Positions 24,801 to 36,800 of a stretch of 64,000 nucleotides of DNA are shown here, one piece after another; position 1 is the first letter of the stretch, and each line of letters opens with the position of its first letter. A model generated the notes under the pieces. The model worked only from the letters and a program-made list of their open reading frames with translations. It was not told the origin of the DNA and searched no databases. A program made the translations under genes and the position numbers. The stretch is taken from positions 1-64,000 of the forward strand of contig JAQGDQ010000316.1 in the NCBI GenBank assembly GCA_030141605.1, given 5' to 3'. This DNA is from Tubiluchus corallicola. Lineage: Eukaryota; Animalia; Priapulida.

Positions 24801-27800
24801 TCAAGAGCCAGAGAAGTGAATACGGATTCACCAGTATCAGCAGAGGCATTGACCTTGACAAAGTAATAATTAGGCTGAGCGTACGTATGAAAATACACAT
24901 AAGCTAAATCTGTATCTGATGGACTAATAGCAAATTTCAACTGGTATGAAATTGTGAGTTCTTTAGCAGGAAAGAACAGAGAATGGTTAGTGATGAAAGT
25001 AGATTGATCACCCATGTCCCAAGCAAATGTAACTGCAGGATGAACGTCGTCCACCAGTAAAAGAAAAGGTATGGGTCTTGTGGCACGGTAAAACACGGGA
25101 TCGGCACTCTCTTCCTTCACCAGAGATATCTTTGGCATTATTACTGAAAAATGTCAAAACCATTTAGTAATATTTAATGAAGGGCAATTTTCACAAAACA
25201 AAAGAATGCTGAAACTTGGAAAATTAATGATTAAAACAAAATTAGTCAACAAAATAATGTTCAACACTGTTTTTTAGTGTTCAACACTGTTGTTTAGTGT
25301 TCAACACTGTTGTTTAGTGTTCAACACTGTTGTTTAGTGTTCAACACTGTTGTTTAGTGTTCAACACTGTTGTTTAGTTTTCAACACTGTTGTTTAGTGT
25401 CCAACACTGTTGCTTAGTGTTCAACACTGTTGTTTAGTGTTCAACACTGTTGTTCAGTTTTCAACACTGTTGTTTAGTGTTCAACACTGTTGTTTAGTAT
25501 TCAACACTGTTTCTTAGTTTTCAACACTGTTGTTTAGTGTTCAACACTGTTGTTTAGTGTTCAACACTGTTGTTTAGTATTCAACACTGTTATTTAGTTT
25601 TCAACACTGTTGTTTAGTGTTCAACACTGTTGTTTAGTGTTCAACACTGTTGTTTAGTATTCAACACTGTTGTTTAGTGCTCAACACTGTTGTTTAATTT
25701 TCAACACTGTTGTTTAGTGTTCAACACTGTTTTTCTGTTATTTAGTATTCAACACTGTTGTTTAGTTTTCAACACTGTTGTTTAGTTTTCAACACTGTTG
25801 TTTAGTTTTCAACACTGTTGTTTAGTGTTCAACACTGTTGTTCTGTTATTTAGTAGTCAACACTGTTGTTTAGTGTTCAACACTGTTGTTCTGTTATTTA
25901 GTATTCAACACTGTTGTTTAGTTTTCAACACTGTTGTTTAGTGTTCAACACTGTTGTTCTGTTATTTAGTATTCAACACTGTTGTTTAGTGTTCAACACT
26001 GTTGTTTTGTTTTCAACACTGTTGTTTAGTTTTCAACACTGTTGTTTAGTGTTCAACACTGTTGTTCTGTTATTTAGTAGTCAACACTGTTGTTTAGTGT
26101 TCAACACTGTTGTTCTGTTATTTAGTATTCAACACTGTTGTTTAGTGTTCAACACTGTTGTTTAGTGTTCAACACTGTTGTTCTGTTATTTAGTATTCAA
26201 CACTGTTGTTTAGTGTTCAACACTGTTGTTTAGTTTTCAACACTGTTGTTTAGTGTTCACAACTGTTGTTTAGTGTTCAACACTGTTGTTTAGTTTTCAA
26301 CACTGTTGTTTAGTATTCAACACTGTTGTTTAGTGTTCAACACTGTTGTTTAGTATTCAACACTGTTGTTTGGTGTTCAACACTGTTGTTTAGTTTTCAA
26401 CACTGTTTTTTAGTATTCAACACTGTTGTTTAGTTTTCAACACTGTTGTTTAGTTTTCAACACTGTTGTTTAGTTTTCAACACTGTTGTTTAGTGTTCAA
26501 CACTGTTGTTTAGTGTTCAACACTGTTGTTTAGTTTACAACACTGTTGTTTAGTTTTCAACACTGTTTAGTGTTCAACACTGTTGTTTAGTGTTCAACAC
26601 TGATGTTTAGTTTACAACACTGTTGTTTAGTATTTACTTAACAACAATTTCATGTTTCGAAAAAAGAACAGGCCAACAGAGATTTGCAAAAATGTCGCAA
26701 GGCAATCACACAGTAGCCGCAAAGTTGACGCAACATGCCCAAAAGCATCGCAAAATGTTCGCCAAGTTGTTGCGGGCTCCGGGATTGTTGACGAATGCCG
26801 CGACTAATTTGAGATAAATTACAACGTCTGGAGAATATTACAATTTTAAAAATTTTGCGAATTTTTGTGCAAGTGGCAAGTTTTGCGACTACGGTGACAA
26901 ATTTTAAGGCAATTTTTTTCTGAAATTGTTGAAAAAATGTCCGGAAAAATTTGCGACTTTTTGGCATAGCAGTGAGTTGTGCAACTACACTGACGAATTC
27001 TAAACATTTTAAATTTTACTGGAGAAGTCAGCGACTTTTTTGAGACAATGGCGAACACATGAGAATATTTTGTAACTGCTTGTTGAATGTTTGGAGACTG
27101 TTGAACCAAAAAAAAAAAACAGTCAAAGAAATTTTTGGATAAAAACAGACATCACGAACACATGAAAGCCTGGCTTTCTGATCGTTACGATCATTTATTT
27201 AAAAGTTACAAAGACCCGTACAGGAAAAATGCTCACAAACATCAATGAACTCACGTTTGCAAGTTTTGCTGTCAAAGAAGCAAATAGTTTGGCAACGCAT
27301 AACCGATGGAAATCAAAATAAGGTAAACCAGATGTTGCATGAGTTGACAGAATTTCTAGATGTGAAACTCACAACCTACACAACAGTCTAGTTAAAAAAT
27401 GATTACGTTCACTGAAGAATTCACAAGGATTATAATTATTTTCATCATTACAACTTACATATATCACAGTATGTGCCGTTATAACCCCGATCACAGATGC
27501 AGATCGCTATAGCATCAACGGCAATGCATGTTCCGTGTTCACTGCAAGGGTAGGTCTCACATACAACAGGCACTAAAACGAGTATTATAAAATTAAAACA
27601 AAACCTAATTGTCTCAATTCCCCTTTTTCTGACTGCCTTTTTTCTCGTATTAACTTACAAGCACATTTGTCAACTCGATATGTAAATACTACTTGTACTC
27701 TTTGCATTCAATGTAATGCACTTGTATTGTATTGCAGATTATAGAAGTCTATGCCATGAATTCCACATACAAATCCGTTTGTTGACTTTAACAGCTTAGT

Positions 27801-30800
27801 TTGGAAATGCTCTACAAAACATCTGTTTCTTAAGTAAAAACTAAAATATCAAACAAAATTTTTCACCAGACTAATGAGAATTCAGGCTTGCACTACAATA
27901 GATCTTAACCTGACAGAAATAATTGTTGTGTCTGGAAAATCAAATTTACAATTGTGTCAATAATAATTTAGAATCTAATTAGAATTTCTTGTGAATAAGT
28001 TGCTATGCACAAAGTTTACCCATGCTGCAGTTGCGCCCTATGTAGCCAGCATCACAGGTGCAGGTATAGTTATTTACTTCATCTTTGCATTTACCATTAA
28101 CACAAGGGTTAGGCGAACAATCATCAATATCTATAAAGAAATAAGAAATAACATTTGCTGCTGTCAATACTAATTTAAAATTAAATTAAAATTTATCATG
28201 AACAAGTTGACTAGATGCACAATTGAGCAATGCTGCAGTTGTGCCAGTGCTGATTTAGAATTTAATTAGAATTTCTTGTGAATAAGTTGCTATACACAAA
28301 GTTTACCTATGCTGCAGTTGCGCCCTATGTAGCCAGCATCACAGATGCAGGTATAGTTATTTACTTCATCTTTGCATTTACCATTAACACAAGGGTTAGG
28401 CGAACAATCATCAATATCTATAAAGAAATAAGAAATAACATTTGCTGCTGTCAATACTAATTTAAAATTAAATTAAAATTTATCATGAACAAGTTGACTA
28501 GATGCACAATTGAGCAATACTGCAGTTGTGCCAGTGCTGATTTAGAATTTAATTAGAATTTCTTGTGAATAAGTTGCTATGCACAAAGTTTACCTATGCT
28601 GCAGTTGCGCCCTATGTAGCCAGCATCACAGGTGCAGGTATAGTTATTTACTTCATCTTTGCATTTACCATTAACACAAGGGTTAGGCGAACAATCATCA
28701 ATATCTATAAAGAAATAAGAAATAACATTTGCTGCTGTCAATACTGATTTAGAATTAAATTAAAATTTATCATGAACAAGTTGACTAGATGCACAATAGA
28801 GCAATGCTGCAGTTGTGCCAGTGCTGATTTAGAATTTAATTAGAATTTCTTGTGAATAAGTTGCTATGCACAAAGTTTACCTATGCTGCAGTTGCGCCCT
28901 ATGTAGCCAGCATCACAGGTGCAGGTATAGTTATTTACTTCATCTTTGCATTTACCATTAACGCAAGGGTTAGGCGAACAATCATCAATATCTATAAAGA
29001 AATAAGAAATAACATTTGCTGCTGTCAATACTAACTTAGAATTAAATTAAAATTTATCATGAACAAGTTGACTAGATGCACAATAACTTTACTGCAATTG
29101 ATGATAATGAATCACAGAAAATAAATATTACTTGTGGAGTACCACAGGGATCAACGCTTGGTCCATTATTATTCCTGGTATATGTTAATGACCTACCTTT
29201 GGCATCCAATTTTCATACCAGATCGTTTGCAGATGACACAAACCTGTTTATGGCTGATCAAAATCTTAAAAATCTCGAACATAATGTTAATGCTGAAATT
29301 AATAAAATTGATATTTGGATGAAGGCTAATCAGTTAAGTGTCAACTACAGTAAAACCAAATTTATGCTTATCACTAATCATCAGACTAAAACTGACCTAG
29401 ACAATTTTAAAATTAAAATGGGTAAAAACATCATTCAGCAAACTGATCAAATAAAATATTTAGGTTTGTACATCGATAACAAAATGTCATGGAAACCGCA
29501 TGTAAGCCACATCTCGTACAAAATCAATAAAGTTGTTGGTATAATATCTAAGATTAGGCACTATGTTGATAGAGACACACTTAAAGTTGTATATTATGCT
29601 CTGGTTTATTCTCACCTCCAATACTGTATTCTTACTTTTGCTTTTGCACCAACAACTACTCTCCAACCTCTCATAACTGCTCAAAATAAAATTGTCAAAA
29701 TAATGAATTTTTCCCTAATTAGAGATCATGCAACACCTGCCTACAAAAACTTTCACATTCTAAAGCTTCATGATATCTCTAATCTTGAACTAGGTAATTT
29801 GTTTTCAAATTCAAACACAATCTACTTCCTGAAATATTTTCTGATTATTACGTATACACCTCTGATATACATCGATATAATACAAGATCTGCAAAAAGAA
29901 ATGCTTTTTTTGTAAACAGGTTCGCAACCAATAGAGGCCAATGTTCGCTCAAATACAAAGGTGTTGTACTGTGGAACTCTCTTTCACCAGACCTATTAGC
30001 AGGCACATTGTTTACTTTTCAAAAACAGTACAAAAAACAACTACTAATGAAATATGATTAAGATTGTGAATTATATTTGTCTCCGTGTCTTGGTTTACAG
30101 AAAACAGAAAACTCCTCTTCACATGATAAAATGTTTATTGTTTTGAGTATGTCTTCTAAATGCAACTGTTTCTTTCCAGTATATTCTGCTTGATGTGTAT
30201 GAAATGTGATTGAAGATGCCATAAAATAAGTAAATTTCTCTGACTTGATGATAGACACAGTACAGGTAAATTTATACAATACACTGCATGATATACACTG
30301 CATGCAGGCTAAAATTGGTTTATAAAGTATCTTATAAAATCATACAAATTAGTTGATAAATATATTTACAATTTTTGTTAGGATTGTGCATGTTGTTTGA
30401 TTTTTCTTTTATATACATAATTATTTAAAACTGATAATTTATAACTGCATGTGTTTTTTCGATATTTTTATTTTTATAAAGAAATGTATGACTCATTAGA
30501 AATGTATATATATGTATATATACATATATACATATTTAGTTACTGACTGTGTCCACAGATTGGGATACTGATTATGCATGACCTTTTCCTTTACGATCAT
30601 TTAAGCATGAAATTAAATTGCATGTTATATTATTTTCCTAACTTCATTGAGTCATTAATCTACGTTGATTTTGTTAGTTTTTGGTAACCTTATTTCCGTT
30701 CTCTTTAGTTAAAAATTAGAAATTGCACAATAATAATTTAATACTCGGTTTGGGGTGGCTGCTTCGATAACAAATGTTTTTCGCCACCCCTTCCCTTTTG

Positions 30801-33800
30801 TTTGGCTTTTCTTATTTATATCTATTTTTATTTATATTGTTATTGGGATAAAAAATAAACGATTTGATTTGATTTGATTTAATTGAGCAATGCTGCAGTT
30901 GTGCCAGTGCTGATTTAGAATTTAATTAGAATTTCTTGTGAATAAGTTGCTATGCACAAAGTTTACCTATGCTGCAGTTGCGCCCTATGTAGCCAGCATC
31001 ACAGGTGCAGGTATAGTTATTTATTTCATCTTTGCATTTACCATTAACACAAGGGTTAGGCGAACAATCATCAATATCTATAAAGAAATAAGAAATAACA
31101 TTTGCTGCTGTCAATACTGATTTAGAATTAAATTAAAATTTATCATGAACAAGTTGACTAGATGCACAATTGAGCAATGCTGCAGTTGTGCCAGTGCTGA
31201 TTTAGAATTTAATTAGAATTTCTTGTGAATAAGTTGCTATGCACAAAGTTTACCTATGCTGCAGTTGCGCCCTATGTAGCCAGCATCACAGGTGCAGGTA
31301 TAGTTATTTACTTCATCTTTGCATTTACCATTAACACAAGGGTTAGGCGAACAATCATCAATATCTATAAAGAAATAAGAAATAACATTTGCTGCTGTCA
31401 ATACTGATTTAGAATTAAATTAAAATTTATCATGGACAAGTTGACTAGATGCACAATTGAGCAATGCTGCAGTTGTGCCAGTGCTGATTCAGAATTTAAT
31501 TAGAATTTCTTGTGAATAAGTTGCTATGCACAAAGTTTACCTATGCTGCAGTTGCGCCCAATGTAGCCAACATCACAGGTGCAGGTATAGTTATTTACTT
31601 CATCTTTGCATTTACCATTTACACAAGGGTTAGGCGAACAGTCATCAATATCTATAAAGAAATAAGAAATAACATTTGCTGCTGTCAATACTGATTTAGA
31701 ATTAAGTTAAAATTTATCATGAACAAGTTGACTAGATGCACAATTGAGCAATGCTGCAGTTGTGCCAGTGCTGATTTAGAATTTAATTAGAATTTCTTGT
31801 GAATAAGTTGCTATGCACAAAGTTTACCTATGCTGCAGTTGCGCCCTATGTAGCCAGCATCACAGGTGCAGGTATAGTTATTTACTTCATCTTTGCATTT
31901 ACCATTAACACAAGGGTTAGGCGAACAATCATCAATATCTATAAAGAAGTAAGAAATAACATTTGCTGCTGTCAATACTGATTTAGAATTAAATTAAAAT
32001 TTATCATGAACAAGTTGACTAGATGCATAATTGAGCAATGCTGCAGTTGTGCCAGTGCTGATTTAGAATTTAATTAGAATTTCTTGTGAATAAGTTGCTA
32101 TGCACAAAGTTTGCCTATGCTGCAGTTGCGCCCTATGTAGCCAGCATCACAGGTGCAGGTATAGTTATTTACTTCATCTTTGCATTTACCATTAACACAA
32201 GGGTTAGGCGAACAATCATCAATATCTATAAAGAAATAAGAAATAACATTTGCTGCTGTCAATACTGATTTAGAATTAAATTAAAATTTATCATGAACAA
32301 GTTGACTAGATGCACAATTGAGCAATGCTGCAGTTGTGCCAGTGCTGATTTAGAATTTAATTAGAATTTCTTGTGAATAAGTTGCTATGCACAAAGTTTA
32401 CCTATGCTGCAGTTGCGCCCTATGTAGCCAGCATCACAGGTGCAGGTATAGTTATTTACTTCATCTTTGCATTTACCATTTACACAAGGGTTAGGCGAAC
32501 AGTCATCAATATCTATAAAGAAATAAGAAATAACATTTGCTGCTGTCAATACTGATTTAGAATTAAATTAAAATTTATCATGAACAAGTTGACTAGATGC
32601 ACAATTGAGCAATGCTGCAGTTGTTCCAGTGCTGATTTAGAATTTAATTAGAATTTTTTAAGAATAAGTTGTTATGCACAAAGTTTACCTATGCTGCAGT
32701 TACGCCCAGTATAGCCAGCATCACAGATGCAGGTGTAGTCATTAATTTCAACCTGGCAGCTACCATTAACACAAGGGTTAGGAAAACAATCACCAAGATC
32801 TATAAAATAAGAAAGATTTCCTAGAAAGTGCACCTAGCAAGTTCATCCTTACAGATACCATTAACACAAGGAGAGGAAACACATTCATTAATATCTGTAG
32901 TAGAAACTCAGATTATAAAATGCCATTTAAGGTAAAGCAATCAAGATAAAGATAAATGTTTATTTGTCGTCAGTATGTAATTATATTCGTTCTTGTATTA
33001 ACATTATGCTCTTTAATTCTATCTTGACAAGTACCATATACAGAATAGAGTACATTTGCTCTCGTTTCCCTTCAACGGAAGGAAAGCCGGATAACTGTGT
33101 AAACATTAGTTCAAAAATAAAGTAGTGCTCAAAAATATTTAAAAGTACAACAGTTTTTCTTTAAATCAAAGCTTACATTAAACAATAATTATCTCAGATA
33201 GTTAGATTTTCCGAAACTTTCAAATCCATGCGGCTCAGCAAATCCACTAAAGTGGCAATGGTGTTTTCTCACAATTGCGTACCCGAAAAAGCGGGTTACC
33301 GTGCTAAGCATGATCATGAACTGCAGTGTCCGTCGTAGGGTTTATTTTCATGACACCATATCAGCATCTATGCGAACATGCTTGACACGCAGGAAAGATG
33401 CCCACCATTGCACAAACTGTAGTTAGTTTGTGATGTAAGGAATGGTTACGTTCAGTTGCCGCTAATTAACTTTCCAATGTAATTATTCAAATATTAGAAA
33501 CAATTGCTAATTTTCACAGGCAAGAAAATGAATATTTTGGACAGTAAACTAAAATGAGAATGAGTCTAATCAATTGTTCAGTTTTCCTTTAATTGAAAAT
33601 GTTATAATCAATTAAATGTAGTAAAAGCCTGCAAGAAAAATCGACACAAACTTCAATGGACTAATGCTGAAATGAAGTTTTACTATCCATGCATCTGACG
33701 CATACAGATTGCTACAAAATAACAAACATTGCATAAATTGATAACCCTTTTTCAACACATAAGTCACTAGCTGACACTAGTGCATTTACCAAATTACTTA

Positions 33801-36800
33801 CCACTCTCACAGTTTGTGCCTGTGTAACCCTTACTGCAATTGCATGTATAACCTCCATCGGGTTGAGAAACACATGTTGAGTTATATTCACATGGGCGGA
33901 AATGGCAGGCCTCGGGCACTGGAACAAAATAATGTTTCCAAAATATAAAACTTACGTCCTTTACACACGGCAAAAGTGAACCGTTTTGAAAAGAATTTGG
34001 ATGTTCACCCAGCAGCCCAATACATTTTCACCCAAACCATTTTGAAAGTGTCTTTGATTCATAAATAAATTTCACTTTTACCTCCAATCTGTTGCTGCAC
34101 TGAAGAAGCCAGATTGCAGAATTCTTATGTCATATGATGAAGGCGTTTGTATGACAGATTTACATATTGAATTTCGACAGTTTGATTTAAAGAGCACATC
34201 TATTTTAAACAAGATGTTAACACAAAGAATGCAGTCACACACAAACACACACAGTACATTGTTAGTTCAGCACCTAAAACACATTTTAATAGGGAATCTT
34301 ACGTGAACTGTTTTACAATCTGCATACTAGTTTACACAGACACAAAAATGTATGTTTGTGTATGCTAGTACACTAATTACAGAAGTTGCATCAGTCGACT
34401 TTAGTATAAATTGTTGTATTTGTACACATGGCATTAAATTAAGCATATGATACCACATTATAATTAACATACTCCAATCCAAGTTATGCGGACTATGCTT
34501 CCGATTTTTAAGTCTCATTAATACCCATGAGTGTAATTCTAAGCACAACACAATCATAATAGTTTGGTTTATATGAATTTAACTAACGCTGATAATCATT
34601 ATGTGGGTTTTTTCTGAGTAATACTATGTTGGCGTGGAAAGGGAAAAGACTTATATATATACTAACCCTCTTATTCAATCATTAAAGCACAAGAAAACCC
34701 TTCACTTACATTAAGGTTAAAAAATTCGTCTCGAAATTTTATACCACTTACATACTACGTTTTCACATGCATGGCTTGCATCAGCCGTAACGCTTTATAA
34801 AATGTGTAAATTTAAACTCCTGCGATGACTGTTATGACTGTAGATAACATTGAGTAAAGTTTGAAAAAATAATCAGAGCATTTGTAGCATACATGTTGCT
34901 GATTAATGTAAATTTTTAAATTACTGTATCTTGTCAATAAGATTAAAAATACGTTTTTGGCTAGTGAGTGACGCACCCTAGAGGGTGAGTCAGCGACATT
35001 TTACCTATTGGCACAAACATTTTAAATTATTAGTTTAGATACATAAGTCTTTACAGCAAATAAATGAAATGCTAAGTAATATAGATTTGCATGGAAAGTT
35101 TTTAGGGTCATAATTTAACATTTCCTTTTCTTCCCCTGATTTACGTGTTTTAGTGACGTCATGTAATGGCATTGTCGGAACACTATGGCGGGAGATTTAA
35201 AATGCAAACAAATGAAAATTGCTTTCAACGCGAATACGATATGTGCATAAAATTGCCGTAAAGTAATATAATTTTCAAAGCAATTTTCCTGAAACCTACC
35301 CCCTTTCTTGTCCTTTAAATTTGCATTCTTCATTGGTACATCATTTGGGAACAATATTTTAGCAGTAAAAGTAAAGGCTTCAGGTTGCTCTCTGTTTTCT
35401 TCTCTTTGGAAATTGAATCGGGAAATCCCGGGAACATTTTTCTAATGTACTGAAAGGCATCTAAATCTGAAATTAGCTGGCAACTAACGATGCAATTAAT
35501 TAGTTTGATTACTACTGTGATAGCCAGTGCCTATGAACCATTGCAGTTTATTTTTACAGCCTGTTTTGTAATGTTGAACTTGAAATTCAGCTGGCAGAGC
35601 AAAATAGTACTAATTCTAGGTCTCGGGTTCAACTCCCGACCAATCTACAATTTTTCAGCGTCTCCTTTCTTTCTCCAGCTCATTATCCGCAACGGTTAAT
35701 AATTGCCAAAAATAAACCACATTGGTTCTTAAACACTCTGACAAACGCAGTCGTAATCTAACTTATTAATGACATCCTAACTTGCCAGCTAATTTGAGAA
35801 AAGGCATCTCAATCCTTTGTTTGTTTGTTTTTCTAAATCCTGCCAGTGATGCAGAACTGTCTTTTTAAAAGAAATAATGAAAATGCAGACAGGATCCAAC
35901 CAGGATCTGCAAAATTTTTGCGGTTCGAATCAGATTGCGGATCTAGTATTTAAAATAAGAAATAATGCAGACCACATACAGAACAAAAATTTGACGGATA
36001 GATCTTTTAAGATATTAATTTTCATTAATGTTAGATAACAATGTGGGAGTCATGACAGATTTTTTTTTAGTTTATTATTATCACATTCAGTACAATATAA
36101 TGGCGTTAAATACACAGTGACATGAAAATTATTACGTCATACTGTATTAAATTCTTATGTTTCATACACTATCGTTATTATAAGAGAATAATTGTTCTGC
36201 AGTGGGCTAGAGAAGCAAAGACTTGTATAAGCCCACTGTCATGTGAACCCGATAAAAAAACAATGGATGAGTGAACAAAAAAAAAAGAACTGAGAGAAAG
36301 GTTAGTTTACACAGGAAGAGTAGAAGGATTTGTTAGTGGAAATGGTAGGAAGAAAGATAGTAAAATGTGCTATGTTGACATCAGCTCTAAAGTTTTATCA
36401 ATGATGCCTTGTTTTGCATAATCTCTACTAGGATTGTGGTATGACTGCTGCAGTAGGTGTAGGATACTAGGAAGTGTTGTACTTATCGAGAATCATTGCT
36501 CTGTATTTCTTTTTAAATTTTTGAATTGGCTGAACAGTTTCCAATTCATCATTTATGTCATTCCATCACTTGGCAGTCTTGACAAGCTACCAGGTTGAAT
36601 AATAATCAAAATGAAGACATTAATTAGCTTCATTAATCATTAAATAGACATACTACTACACTAGTAGTAACAGGCCAGCAGCAGTAGTAAAATCTTTTAT
36701 TTGTTATTAAAAATACTAATGTTAAAAAGTACAACAACATCAGAATACGCTAAGTTTTCTCTTACAGTTGTAATTAATCACTGAAATTCAATCCACCAGG

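Larger units (their letters stand above)
27965..32805. repeat. 287-bp tandem repeat (EGF exon + 176-nt intron), 10 near-identical units plus a diverged edge unit, split by a 1.8-kb LINE
   Basis: Recurring antisense 60-aa ORFs at exact 287-bp spacing (27991, 28278, 28565, 28852; 30938...32373). Confidence 0.97.

Noticed and set aside
27991-32555. Family of ten 60-aa plus-strand ORFs (MNKLLCTKF...)
   Set aside because: Antisense shadows of the EGF exons; GTG starts; the minus strand has splice sites and a canonical cbEGF.
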